Shown: positions 23,664-34,123, numbered from the stretch's first letter. The stretch is DNA of 64,000 bases from an uncultured Thermoleophilaceae bacterium (GCA_963729205.1 CAVSNA010000003.1:1-64000); one strand, 5' to 3'. The notes: a model not told the origin generated them from the sequence alone. Numbers and translations are program-made.

Positions 23664-24404
23664 GCGCGACCTCCTCGGTGCCGAGGTAGGCGCGCACGAC
23701 CTGCTCGTCGCGCAGCACCTCGGCGGTGGGGCCGGCGGCGATCAGCTTGCCGAAGTCGAGCACGCCCGTGACCTCGCAGCAGGCGGACACGAGGCTCATG
23801 TCGTGGTCGACGAGGATCACCAGCGCGCCCATGTGCTCGGGGATCGGCTTGATCACGCGGCCCAGGTGCTCGGTCTCCTCGTCGGGAAGGCCGGCCGCCG
23901 GCTCGTCGAGCAGCACCACGCGGGGCTTGCCCACCACGGCGCGGGCGACCTCGACGAGGCGCCGCTCGCGCGCGCCCGAGCGTGCCGACCTTCGTGTCGG
24001 GTCCATCTCGAGCCCGACGAAGTCGAGCGCGCCGAGCACGTCGTCGCGGCGGCTGCGCGCGGCCGAGCTTCGAGTGCTCGTGGACCATCGCGACGTTGTC
24101 GTAGATCGAGAGCTCCTCGATCGCCTGCTCGGTCTGGAAGGTGCGCCGCAGGCCCCAGCGCGCGCGCTTGTAGTGCGGCCATCGCGAGCAGGTCCTCGCC
24201 GAAGGCCTGCACGCGTGCCGGCCGCCGGGTTGACGAAGCCGCTGAGCACGTTGAAGAAGGTGGTCTTGCCGGCGCCGTTCGGGCCGATCAGCCCGCAGGT
24301 GCCGGCCTCGAACTTGACCGTCATCGTCGTCGATGCGGCGTGACCCCGCCGAAGCGCACGGTGAGGTTGTCGATCTCGATCAGTTGCCTCCCCCCGTGCC
24401 GGCG
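23640..24404 (-). pseudogene. ABC transporter ATP-binding protein, LivG-like, with multiple frameshifts
   Basis: IEIDNLTVRFGGV, GLIGPNGAGKTTFFNVLSGF, LLDEPAAGL. Boundaries are approximate. Confidence 0.55.
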
Positions 24405-25477
24405 TGGCCTTCGGTACCAGGCCGGCCAGATCAGCCGCCCCAGCTTCGCCATGTCCCTCGGGAACTGGTAGACGATCCCCTGCGGAGCGGTGAGCAGCAC
24501 CTGGAGCACGCCGATCCCGAACAGGATCGTCAGCCAGTCGTCGTTCAGGCCCCAGTTGTTGAGCAAGGCCGGGAAGCAGCTTGATCAGGACGCCCGCGAT
24601 CACCGCGCCCCAGAGGCTGTAGATGCCGCCCATCAGCACGACCGCCAGCAGGATGATCGAGTCCTGGATGGGGAAGGTGAGCGTGAACAGCTGCCCCGAG
24701 TCGGCCGCCAGCAACCCGCCCGCGACGCCGGTCATGAAGGACGCCAGGGCGAACGCCCAGAGCTTGTAGAGCGTGATGTTCACCCCGGCGGCGAGCGCGG
24801 CGGGCTCGCTCTGGCGAATCGCGGCCCAGGCACGGCCGGGCTTCGCGCGCACGTGTATGAGTGCGAGCAGGAACATCAGGGCCGCGACGATGATCGCGTA
24901 GCGGTAGAAGGCCGCGTCGCTGTGCGCGATGTGCGGGCGGCGGATGTCGGACGCCGCCGCGGTCCGACTCGGTGTGGCCGAGGAAGCCGTGGCCGCCGTT
25001 CGGGAAGTTGGTGGTCCTGAGCGCGACGGTGATGGCGCCGGCGAGCATCAGCGTGATCAGCGCGAGGTAGAGGCCGCTCAGACGCAGCGCCGGCAGGCCG
25101 ACCAGCGTGCCCAGCACCATCGTGATCAGGCCCGAGCCCAGGAGCACCATCGGGAACGGGAGCCCGGTGGCGAAGAACAGCCGCGCCGCCGACCCAGCTG
25201 CCGAGCGCCAGGATCGCGACCTGGCCGAGCGAGACGAGCCCGGTGCGTCCCATCAGGATGCCGAGGCCGAGCGCGACGATCGAGTAGATCGCCGACGCGG
25301 TGACGACGTTGGTCCAGTAGCCGCTGAGCAGCGGCTGCGAGGCCGAAGCAGCACGAACAGGAGCAGCACCGTGATCACGAGCGCCCGGACGCGGTCGCCC
25401 GAGCTCGAGGCGGATCGGCACCCAGGTCGGCCGCCCGTCTCGCGCGTAGCCTTCTGGTGGTCGGTGGCCCCCTCCAT
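24404..25477 (-). pseudogene. ABC transporter permease, LivM-like, with multiple frameshifts
   Basis: Polytopic hydrophobic ORF fragments (YSIVALGLGILMGRTGLVSLGQ, LALITLMLAGAITVAL) in the LivHM permease arrangement. Confidence 0.5.
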
Positions 25478-25509
25478 CGGCTAGCCGGCCCGTCCGGTGA
25501 GCGGCGCTT

Positions 25510-26372
25510 CCGCGCCTACCCGAGAGGACCAGCAGGGCGATGGTGGCGAGCACGAACGGAGTCACGTCGCGGTACTGCGAGATCGACAGGATCGGCGTGA
25601 CCAGGGCGTTGATGAGCCCGACGACCATGCGCGGCGACGAAGGTCACGACGAGCGACCGCAGGCGCGCGATCAGCGTGGCCGCCAGCGACGAGATCACCA
25701 GGAAGGTGAGCGTGACGGCGTCGAGCGCCACGAGGTTGGAGAGCAGCAGGCCGGCCGCGCCGGAGAGCAGGCCCGAGCCGAGCCAGGCGGCCGCCTCGAC
25801 GCGCCGCACGGGCACGCCCAGCGTGGCGGTGATCTCGCGGTCGTTGGCGAGCGCCCGCATCGCGGTGCCGAGGTTGGAGAAGCGCAGGAAGGCGGCGGTG
25901 ACGACCGTCACCAGGATGCCGAACCCGACGCAGATCACCTGGGTGTAGTTGACCAGCACGTTGCTGACCTCGAAGCCGTGATTCGACGTGGGCAGGACCA
26001 TCGACCTGGCCTTGTCGCTCCAGATCAAGTCCATCACGCCGAGCAGGATCAGCGCCAACCCGAGCGTGGCGGTGGCTTTGACGAGCGGGTCACGGCCCGA
26101 CAGCGGCGGACCGAAGAGGACGCCGTAGAGCAGCGTCAGCACGCCCTCCGAAGAGGACGCATACGACATAGGCGGGGCCCGACGGCCCAGCCGTTGTGGT
26201 TGATGAGCTGCCAGGCGATGAGGGCGCCCATGGCTCCCACGGCGCCGAACGCGAGGTTCAGTACGCCGGTTGCCCTGTAGAGGACCACCATGCCGACCCC
26301 GGACAGCGAGTACACGCCACCCAGGGCCAGCCCGGTGATGATGAACGGCTTGAAGTCCTCCCAGCTTGGCAT
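25510..26372 (-). pseudogene. ABC transporter permease, LivH-like, with frameshifts
   Basis: N-terminus MPSWEDFKPFIITGLALGGVYSLSGVGMVVLYRATGVLNLAFGAV and C-terminal block VGLINALVTPILSISQYRDV. Confidence 0.55.
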
Positions 26373-26439
26373 TTGGAACCTTGGACGCCCTCTTCTCCTG
26401 AACTACCTGACTTTGTCTCTACCTACCTATCACTAACCA

Positions 26440-27849
26440 GTCGGCGGTAGGTCCGTGCTGGCCTGCTGGAGGCTCGGATCCGGCTGCTCGATCTCGCGCA
26501 CCTGCGCGATCGTCGGGATCCGCGGCCGAGATCTGGAAGCACTCGCTCCTTGATCGACCATCTTGCCGTTATTCGGCGTCGTGGTCCAGTCCACGTTGTT
26601 CGGGATGTGGAGCGGTGCGTCGCCGTAGTACCAGGGCTTGCAAAGGATGTCGGTCTTGACTGCCCTTCAGGTCCTTGATGGCGCGTGTTCACGCTCTTGA
26701 TCGTAGTAGTGTCGCCCTGTGATCGTCTCCAGCGCCTTGACCATGAACTGGCCCATGCTGAATCCCATCTGGCTGAAGCTGCCGAGCCCGCCGCTGACAG
26801 CTCTTGCCGTACTTGGCGAAGACCGCCCGGTAGAGCGTGCTCTGCGGACCCGGAGCGTCCGTCACGTTCAGCTCCGCGTTCACGAGCAGCTTGCCGTCCC
26901 ACTGCGTCCCCAGCGCCTTGGCGACGAAGTCGGTGTTGCACGGCGTCGAGCAACCCCACGCCTTGACCCGGTCCTGCAGGCCCTGCTGCTGCGCGGCCTG
27001 GAGGATCTTCAGCGCCTCGGGCGGCGTGAAGTTCAGGACGACGCCGCCGTCGGGGCCCGCGGCCTGCACGAGCTTGAGGGCGACGGAGTTCGCGTCCTGA
27101 ATCGGCACGTTGTCCTTGAACTGCTGGATCGGCACGTTGAGGCTCTTCGCGACGGCCGTCGGGCCTGCCGCGATGTAGCCGGTGCCGGGGACGTTCGACT
27201 GGTCGAACGCGATCTTCTTCGCGCCCGCGCGGACCACGCCCTGCACGGCGCCGTCCGAGCTGTAGCGCGGACCCATGTTCGGGGCGGCGCTGTTCGGCGT
27301 GCCGTAGCACTCCGGGGCGATACCGGCGTCGATCTCGTTGATGCCGAGCGACTCCCAGTACTTGTGATCGACCGCGCACTCGATGATGCTGAAGCCGCCG
27401 ACGATCCCGACGACCTTGTCGGTCTGGATCAGCTTGTTGGCCAGGCCGGCGATCTGAGCCGGGTCGGTCTGCTCGGTCTCGATCGTGTAGCTGATCGGGT
27501 GACCGTTGATGCCGCCGTTGTCGTTGACGCAGTTGAAGTACGCCTGCGCCATCGTTGGCGCCGTCGGTGAAGTCCGTACCCGGCTGCTTCGTCACGATCG
27601 CGCCGAGCTTGATCGGGGTACCGGTGGCCTTCACACCGGGCTTGGTCCCGCACTTGGTGACGTCGCCGGCCGCGGGAGCCGCTGTGGTGCTGGCTCCGCC
27701 GCCCGTCGTCGCCGCCGGCGCGGTCGCCGCGGTGGTGCTGCTCTTGTTACTGCTGCCGCACGCGGAAAGCGTCACGGCGAGGCCGGCTGCGAGTACGACG
27801 ACCAACGCAACCGTCCAGGTCTTTCCGAGCCCAAACTTTCTACGCACTG
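26440..27849 (-). pseudogene. ABC transporter substrate-binding lipoprotein (periplasmic-binding-protein type-1 / LivK-like), frameshifted at both ends
   Basis: Lipoprotein signal (LAVTLSACGSS), a Thr/Ala-rich linker, and the binding-protein core IKLGAIV...KVVGIVGGFSIIE... Confidence 0.6.
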
Positions 27850-28162
27850 GTGCCCCTCCTCCTCTATTTGACCTAACGCCCGCTGCGCGAAGAACCTGCG
27901 CCGCGGACCCCTGAGTGGCCGTACGAGCTTCTCGACGACGCATCAAGCTTGTGCTTCGTGGCCTCGTCGCGCGCGCGTGCGCAGCGCGCAGGCGAGACCT
28001 CCCTCACCGCACCCTCCTTGGCCCGCTGTCCTTGCTGCCGCAAAACCTCGCGCGCGATCCCCAGCTGAGGTGGGAAGAGCGCAGAAAAGGCTGGAGGTCG
28101 AGTGGTAGCGACTCTGCTTTGGCCTCGGTCACCGTCGGTTGGCGCCGGTTGCGGTCCGGGTG

Positions 28163-28203
28163 GAGGCGCGAAGCTATCACAGCTATATCTGGGTATGCAA
28201 CTG
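28163..28203. promoter_or_regulatory. Conserved roughly 40-bp motif GCGCGAAGCTATCACAGC-N6-TCTGGGTATGCAAC, first of two direct copies
   Basis: Repeated almost identically at 29372-29413. It sits in a locally AT-rich intergenic stretch that also carries a tandem CTGACAATTT x2 (28201-28238), which is -35-like. Confidence 0.35.
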
Positions 28204-28421
28204 ACAATTTCAAATGCCCCTGACAATTTATTCGCGCCCCCGGATGCGACCGTTCGCGGGCCGGTCCGACGCCCACGGCCGCCCGTCGCGGGGACGGTGA
28301 AACAGCGTGTTCAAGCGGCCTCCGGACCCTTCGCTCGTCTTGACGCAGACGAGGCGGGCGCGTGCGGGATCCACGTCAGAGGTGGGCGGGCGGCACACGT
28401 TTTCCACTCCCTCGGGGCCGC

Positions 28422-29300
28422 TCAAGGCTTCTCCGCTCCGTCGCCCAGGCCAAGCAGCCGCACGGCGTTCTCCTTGAGGATCAGCGGCCGCACGTCGGGG
28501 TTGATCTCGAGCCGCTCGAAGTCGCGCAGCCAGCGGTCGGGCGTGATCATCGGGTAGTCGGATCCGAACAGCACCTGGTGCTTGAGCAGCGTGTTCGCAT
28601 AGTGCACAAGCTGCGGCGGGAAGTACTTCGGCGACCAGCCGGAGAGGTCGATGTAGACCTCCGGCTTGTGCATCGCGATCGAGATCGCCTCGTCCTGCCA
28701 GGGGAACGACGGGTGGGCCAGCACGATCGGCATCTCGGGGAAGTCGACGGCCACGTCGTCCACGTGCATCGGGTTCGAGTACTTGAGCCGTATCCCGCCG
28801 CCGCCGGGGAGGCCGGAGCCGATGCCGCTGTGCCCGGTATGGAAGAGGGCCGGCAGGCCGGCCTCGGCGATCACCTCGTAGAGCGGGTAGGCCATCCGGT
28901 CGTCCGGGAAGAACTCCTGGATGTTGGGGTGGAACTTGAACCCCTTCACGTTGTGGTCGCGAATCAGCCGGCGGGCCTCCTCGGCGGCGCCCGGGCGCGC
29001 GGGGTGAACGCTCGCGAACGGGATCAGCACGTCCGGGTTGGCCGCGGCCGCCGCGGCGATCTCCTCGTTCGGCACCGGGTCCCGGTGGCCGGGACCCCAG
29101 TCCACGGTGAACACCACGCAGGCCATCTTCAGCTCGCGGTAGCGGGCCACCACGTCGTCGACGGTCGGCTCGCCGCCGCCGTCGCGGAAGTACTTCTTGG
29201 CCGCAGCGCGCAGCTCCGGCGGCATGGGGTCGTGCCCCTCCCGCGAGACCTCGGTGTGCACGTGCACGTCGATGGCCTCCACGGCGGCGAGGTCGATCAC
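28422..29300 (-). CDS. Amidohydrolase-2 (PF04909) metal-dependent hydrolase
   Basis: DVHVHT, FKFHPNIQEF, LFHTGH, VLAHPSFPW, FGSDYP. Intact ORF. Confidence 0.75.
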   Translation of the reverse strand: MIDLAAVEAIDVHVHTEVSREGHDPMPPELRAAAKKYFRDGGGEPTVDDVVARYRELKMACVVFTVDWGPGHRDPVPNEEIAAAAAANPDVLIPFASVHPARPGAAEEARRLIRDHNVKGFKFHPNIQEFFPDDRMAYPLYEVIAEAGLPALFHTGHSGIGSGLPGGGGIRLKYSNPMHVDDVAVDFPEMPIVLAHPSFPWQDEAISIAMHKPEVYIDLSGWSPKYFPPQLVHYANTLLKHQVLFGSDYPMITPDRWLRDFERLEINPDVRPLILKENAVRLLGLGDGAEKP

Positions 29301-29371
29301 TGCCGTCTCCGTGGAGACTCTCCTGTGGCCTCAATCACCAATTGGGGTGCTGCTTGGTGGTGCAGGGGTGG

Positions 29372-29413
29372 GGCGCGGCGAAGCTATCACAGCGCATCAT
29401 CTGTATGCAACCG
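29372..29413. promoter_or_regulatory. Second copy of the GCGAAGCTATCACAGC...CTGTATGCAAC motif. The inverted partner TTGCATACAG lies at 29487-29497.
   Basis: Read directly from the sequence, in the divergent amidohydrolase/GntR intergenic region. Confidence 0.4.
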
Positions 29414-29499
29414 CTCCGCGTTAGGGTGCGGCCAAGGGGGTGTTGCCCCTTGTTTAGCGCAGATTAAGCGCCCGTTGCGAGGGCTCTTGCATACAGCGA

Positions 29500-30334
29500 T
29501 TGCGGGCTGTACGCTGGCCCGGCGGCGCCCCCGAGAATGAGCTCTTGAGCAGCAAAAGCGAAGGAACCTCGCAGTCGACCCGGGCACTCCTGCGGCTGCG
29601 CGAGCTGCTCCTGAGCGGAGAGCTCGAGCCGGGCACGCGCATGTCTGAGCTGCCGCTGGTCGAACGGCTCGGCGTCTCCCGCACGCCGTTGCGGCTCGCG
29701 CTCGCCACCCTCGAGCACGAGGGGCTGCTCGAGCTGCTGCCGGGGGGCGGCTACGCCACGCGGCAGTTCAGCCAGGCCGACGTGAGCGACGCGATCGAGC
29801 TGCGCGGCGTGCTGGAGGGCACCGCCGCGAGGTGGGCGGCCGAGCGCGGCGTCACGCGCCGCGAGCTGGCCAGGATGTCGGGGCTGATCGACCGCATGGA
29901 CGTGGAGGTGCACAAGGCCGACTACGGCTCCTTCGTCAGCTACATGGGACTGAACGAGAGCTTCCACGTGCTACTGGTGGAGGCCGCGCGCAGCCCCATG
30001 CTGGAGCGCGCGATCGCGGACATCGTCGCGCTTGCCGTTCGCCTCCTCGAGCGCGTTCGTGCTCGCCGAGGCCGAGCTGCCCGAGTCGAGGCGGATCCTC
30101 CTGGTCGCGCAGGACCATCACCGGGCCATCGTCGAGGCGATCCAGGCTCGTGAGGGCGCACGGGCGGAGGGTCTCGCGCGCGAGCACGCGCGACTGGCCC
30201 GCCGCAACCTCGAGATCGCGATGAAGAATCACGACGTGCTCGAGCGCATGCCCGAGGCCTCGCTGATCAGGCTGCCCGGCAGGTCGCAGCCGGAGACCGA
30301 GACGGAGACGGCGGCCAGCCCGCCCGTGAGTTGA
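29500..30334 (+). CDS. GntR-family transcriptional regulator (FadR-like C-terminal FCD domain), with a frameshift near 30035
   Basis: The winged HTH GTRMSELPLVERLGVSRTPLRLALATLEHEGLL is the GntR signature. The C-terminal helical domain is in a second frame. Confidence 0.65.
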
Positions 30335-30335
30335 G

Positions 30336-31013
30336 ATGAGCTCCGGCCTCAGCCTCCCGCTCGCGCTCAGCCCGCTCGATCAGGTGCTGAAGCGCGCCGG
30401 GGCGCACATGGCCGAGCGCCAGGGCTGGCTGGTGGCCGCCGACTTCGGCTCGCTGGCCGCCGAGCTCGCCGTCAGCCGGGCCGCCGCGGGGCTCGCGGAC
30501 GTGTCGAGCATCGCCAAGTTCGAACTGCGAGGCAGCGAGCACGAGCTCGCCGAGATCCATCCGTCGGAGCGCTCGTTCGCCTCCCGTCGCGGCGTGCGGG
30601 CACGCGACGCCTGGTGGTGCCCGCTGTCACCCGAGCTGCTGCTGGTGCTGGCCATGCCGGGAGCCAAGGCCAGGGTCAGGCAGGAGGTGGAGGAGCTCGC
30701 CGCGGGAAGCGACGTGCGGATGGTCGACGTCACCTCCGAGCGCGTGGCCGTCTGCCTCCTCGGACCCGCGGCGCGCGAGGTGCTCTCGCGCGCGGGGGCG
30801 CAGGCCCTGCTGCCGGGCACGGTCCGCGCCGAGTCGGTGGAGGGGATACCCACGCTCGTGCTGCACGAGGACGAGCAACGCTGGCTGCTGGTGGCGCCGG
30901 CCGCGGACGCCGCCGAGCTCTGGCAAGCGCTGTCGGACGCGGGCGCGCCGTTCGGCCTGGCGTACGTGGGCTCGGACGCGCTGCAGCATCTCCTGGCCGC
31001 GCGCGACAGGTAG
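30336..31013 (+). CDS. GcvT-fold / sarcosine-oxidase-gamma-like small protein (225 aa)
   Basis: ADVSSIAKFELRG resembles the aminomethyltransferase-fold signature strand. The size and layout resemble SoxG-family proteins. Assignment is by weak motif similarity only. Confidence 0.45.
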   Translation: MSSGLSLPLALSPLDQVLKRAGAHMAERQGWLVAADFGSLAAELAVSRAAAGLADVSSIAKFELRGSEHELAEIHPSERSFASRRGVRARDAWWCPLSPELLLVLAMPGAKARVRQEVEELAAGSDVRMVDVTSERVAVCLLGPAAREVLSRAGAQALLPGTVRAESVEGIPTLVLHEDEQRWLLVAPAADAAELWQALSDAGAPFGLAYVGSDALQHLLAARDR

Positions 31014-31060
31014 CGCGGCGGCGCTCAGCCGGGTCGTCGGTTGCGAAGCGTCGCGGCCCG

Positions 31061-31190
31061 GATCGCAATAAGGGCGGCCCGGTTGGGAGCGGCGATCCGA
31101 GATTGAAGGATTTGGTGGGCTATAGCACCCACAATCCTTCAATCGTTGATCCTCGCGGCCTCGGGTCGTCCTCATTGCTGGTCGGGCTCC
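31061..31190. repeat. Palindromic element of about 120 bp, copy A (AT-rich core GATTGAAGGATTTGGTGGGCTATAGCACCCACAATCCTTCAATC)
   Basis: A second copy lies at 60815-60935. The outer arms GCAATAAGGGCGGCCCG / CGGGTCGTCCTCATTGC are also inverted. It lies between convergent gene ends. Confidence 0.6.
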
Positions 31191-31219
31191 GCCACGGCGA
31201 CCGCCCCGGCCGAGCCGAC

Positions 31220-32197
31220 CTAAGCCCTGGCGGTCTGCCCCAGCGCCGCCCGCACTCCGGCGATCTGCTGCGCGGTGACGCCACAGCAGCCGCCGACGAT
31301 CTGGGCTCCGGCGTCGATCCAGGTGGAGGCGAGGCCGGCGTAGTCCTGCGGGCCCACCGTGGTGTCGAACTCCCAGTGCGCGCCGGCGCCGTGGCCGAGG
31401 TTGGGGTAGCAGCCGATCGGCAGCGACGTCTGACCGCGCAACCAGGCGACGGTCTCCTCGAGCTCGTCAGCGGGCACGCAGTTCACGAGGATCGCCTTCA
31501 CGCCGAGGGCCTCGAGCCGCTCGGCTCCGTGGCGGAAGTCGGCCGGATCGGTGTCCGGGGTCACGTTGCCGTCCGCGTCGGACATGCCCTCGGGGCGGCG
31601 GCGGAAGCTCGTCCAGACCGGCAGGCCCGTGTCGCAGACCATCTCGATCGCCTGGAGCGCCAGGCCGTCGGGGATCGCCTCGAGCGTCTCGAGGATCACG
31701 AGGTCGGGCGGCTCGTCGTGCCACAGCCACGAGAGCAGCTCGAGCCGCCCGGTGGCGCGCTCGTCGAGCAGGCTCGAGTTGATGCAGAAGGCCGTGGCGC
31801 AGTCGCCAACGCGCCCTGCCTCGTCGATCGCCTGCCGCGCCAGCCGCACGCCGAGCCGAGCGGCGTCGAGCCAGAGCGAGCTGCGGCTCGGCCCGGCGGG
31901 CTCGGTGCCGGCCACCTCCGCCGCCTCGAGCACCGACCACGTGTTGGTGGAGATCACGTCGCAGCCCGCGGCCACGTAGCGGCGGTGCACCTCGAGGACC
32001 TCCACCGGGCCCTGGAACAGGGTCCAGGTGCCCCACGGCTCGCGCCTGCGGGCGCGGTCCTCCGATTGCACCTGCTGGAGCTCGGTGGCCACGCCGCCGT
32101 CGAGCAGCACGGGGCCGCCCGCGGCGAGCGCGCCCTCGATCCGCTCGTACGCGCGCGAGAGCGGCAGTTGCCCCAGGTAGTGGCCGCCGCCCGCCAT
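31220..32197 (-). CDS. Homocysteine S-methyltransferase-domain protein (PF02574; MmuM/BHMT-like)
   Basis: VLLDGGVATEL, AGCDVISTNTW, ILVNCVP and the zinc-binding GGCCGVT motif. Its ATG overlaps the upstream stop (ATGA at 32195-32199). Confidence 0.75.
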   Translation of the reverse strand: MAGGGHYLGQLPLSRAYERIEGALAAGGPVLLDGGVATELQQVQSEDRARRREPWGTWTLFQGPVEVLEVHRRYVAAGCDVISTNTWSVLEAAEVAGTEPAGPSRSSLWLDAARLGVRLARQAIDEAGRVGDCATAFCINSSLLDERATGRLELLSWLWHDEPPDLVILETLEAIPDGLALQAIEMVCDTGLPVWTSFRRRPEGMSDADGNVTPDTDPADFRHGAERLEALGVKAILVNCVPADELEETVAWLRGQTSLPIGCYPNLGHGAGAHWEFDTTVGPQDYAGLASTWIDAGAQIVGGCCGVTAQQIAGVRAALGQTARA

Positions 32198-34020
32198 CAG
32201 CTGGCCACCCGCCGCTCGCGCGGCGTCGAGCCGTTCTCCCGGGTGATCTCGATCAGGTAGGCGATCATCATGTTCACGTCTCCAAAACGAAGGTGGTAGG
32301 CGTCGGAGAGCTCCTCGACGCGGCGGATCTGTTCAGCGTATTCACCGAACAGCGGGCTGAACTCGAAGAAGCTGAAGTCGACCACTCGCCCCGACAGGCC
32401 CTTCGCCTGCAGCTGCTTCAGCGTCTCGCGCTGGCTGAGGATCGAGAGCTGCATCAGGTAGGCGCGGCCGTCCGGCTCGAGCAGGCTCGGCAGCAGGCTG
32501 AGCAGGTGGTCGAACAGGCCGCGGCCCCAGTAGTCGAGCGGGCGGTGGCTCGTGAGCTGCTGGAACGGGTCGTTGGGCATCTGGTAGAGGCTCGCGACGA
32601 CCACGTCGTAGCGGTGCTCCGGGTCCCACGGGTAGAGGTCGACCTGCTCGCCCGACACGCGGTCGGCCACGCCGTTGCGGAAGGCGTTGCTGAGCGTGTT
32701 GGCCACCGCGCGCTTGTCGATGTCGATCGCGTGCACCTGGGAGGCGCCGTTCAGCGCGAGCTGCGTGGCGAGCAGGCCCGTCCCGCAGCCGACGTCCAGG
32801 CAGCGCGCGCCCTCGCCGACGCCGTGGGTGTAGAGGTGCTTCCAGATCAGGAAGCTGCCGGCGGTCGGCACGAACACGTCGGGCTCGACGATCAGCTCGG
32901 GCATTGGCAGCGGATAGAGGCGCCGGCCACGCTCGTCGAGCCACGGCTCGAGCTGGACGCGCTCGCCCAGCGCGGAGGCGCCGGCCTCATCGGTCCAGCC
33001 GTCGTCGGCGCTGGCGTGCCTGCGCCCGGGGCGGGTGCCGGCGAGGCGCGTCTTGGCCGCGCCGATGTGGTGGGGCCGGACGCCGCAGCAGCCGCCGATG
33101 ATGTCGGCGCCGTCGTCGCGCCAGGCCGCCGCCAGCTCGGCGAACTCCTCGCCGCCGATGCGGTGGTCGAAGGCCCAGCCCGACTCGGTGTAGTAGCCGA
33201 GGTTGGGGTAGACGCCCAGCGGCAGGTCGGTGAAGTCGCGCAGCCAGGGCAGCATTCCCGCGACGTGATCGGGCGGGATGCAGTTGATCAGCAGCGCCGC
33301 CACGCCCATCTCCTCGAAGCGGCGGGCGGCGCGGCCGAAGAGGTCGCCCTCGGGACCGCCCCAGTGCTCGCCGAACACGCCGCAGAGACCATGCCGGCAG
33401 CGGCGGAAGCTGAGCCAGACGGGGTAGCCGCTGTCCACCAGCGTCTGCACCGCCTGGAAGGTGAGCTCGTGGATGAGCGACATCGTCTCGAGCAGGACGA
33501 AGTCGGGCGGCTCGTCCTCGAATACGCGCGCGAGGAGCTCGAAGCGCTCCAGGCCCTGCTCGTCCGAGACCTCGCCGTGAAGGCTGAAGGCCACCGCCGT
33601 GTCTCCCGACCTACCGACGTCGGCGGTGGCCTTCCGGGCCAGGCCGATCGCCCGGCGCGCCAGCTGCATCCAATCGGCCGGCGGGGTGCCCGTCGAGCCG
33701 TGCTCGCCGTTCATGGCGTTCTGGATGCCCCAGGTGTTGGTCGAGATCACGTCGCAGCCCACCTCGGCGTAGCTGCGGTGCACGCGCGTGACCACGTCGG
33801 GCGCGTTGAGCAGCGCCCAGGTGCCCCACATCGCGTCGTCGCGCAGCTCGTAGCCGGGCGTCTCGATCTCCTCGAGCTCGGTGGCCATGCCGCCGTCGAG
33901 AACCACGCACTGCTCGCGGGAGAGAAGCTGCTCGATGCGGCTGTAGGCGGGAGAGTGATGCCGCGGCACGCCGCCGCTGCGGGCGATCGTCTCGGCGCGG
34001 CTGCGCGACGGCACGGCCAT
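32197..34020 (-). CDS. Fusion protein: N-terminal homocysteine S-methyltransferase domain plus C-terminal class-I SAM-dependent (PrmA-like) methyltransferase domain
   Basis: N-terminal half: VVLDGGMATELE, VGCDVISTNTWGI, LINCIPP, IIGGCCGVRPHHI. C-terminal half: LDVGCGTGLLATQLALNGASQVHAIDIDKRAVANTLSNAFRNGVADRV (SAM motif I / post-I). Continuous 607-aa ORF with no frameshift. Confidence 0.75.
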   Translation of the reverse strand: MAVPSRSRAETIARSGGVPRHHSPAYSRIEQLLSREQCVVLDGGMATELEEIETPGYELRDDAMWGTWALLNAPDVVTRVHRSYAEVGCDVISTNTWGIQNAMNGEHGSTGTPPADWMQLARRAIGLARKATADVGRSGDTAVAFSLHGEVSDEQGLERFELLARVFEDEPPDFVLLETMSLIHELTFQAVQTLVDSGYPVWLSFRRCRHGLCGVFGEHWGGPEGDLFGRAARRFEEMGVAALLINCIPPDHVAGMLPWLRDFTDLPLGVYPNLGYYTESGWAFDHRIGGEEFAELAAAWRDDGADIIGGCCGVRPHHIGAAKTRLAGTRPGRRHASADDGWTDEAGASALGERVQLEPWLDERGRRLYPLPMPELIVEPDVFVPTAGSFLIWKHLYTHGVGEGARCLDVGCGTGLLATQLALNGASQVHAIDIDKRAVANTLSNAFRNGVADRVSGEQVDLYPWDPEHRYDVVVASLYQMPNDPFQQLTSHRPLDYWGRGLFDHLLSLLPSLLEPDGRAYLMQLSILSQRETLKQLQAKGLSGRVVDFSFFEFSPLFGEYAEQIRRVEELSDAYHLRFGDVNMMIAYLIEITRENGSTPRERRVAS

Positions 34021-34049
34021 CAGCTACGCGCTCGCTGCCTGGAAAACGA

Positions 34050-34123
34050 CTGTATACAGAGCACCCTCACACGACCTCTCCTCAGGGTCGGAATATAGAG
34101 GTTGAGCGCTTATTTGTATACAG
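34050..34123. promoter_or_regulatory. Two copies of the GntR-type palindrome CTGTATACAG / TGTATACAG (34050-34059 and 34115-34123) in the divergent promoter region
   Basis: A perfect 10-bp palindrome of GT-N-AC type, in the AT-rich stretch between the methyltransferase operon start and the alcohol dehydrogenase start. Confidence 0.45.

Noticed and set aside
28004-28276. 90-aa ORF in the livK/amidohydrolase intergenic region
   Set aside because: It has no start context or motifs and overlaps candidate promoter and operator sequences.
31061-31190. Palindromic 120-bp repeats considered as IS or transposon ends
   Set aside because: No transposase, integrase or target-site duplication is nearby. 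The element is wholly palindromic rather than two distant inverted ends flanking cargo, so it is more consistent with a REP/terminator-like element.
30614-34098. Long plus-strand ORFs (548 aa and 601 aa) over the methyltransferase operon
   Set aside because: They are antisense to two intact genes with definitive Hcy-methyltransferase zinc motifs, and have a low-complexity Arg/Ala/Gly composition.
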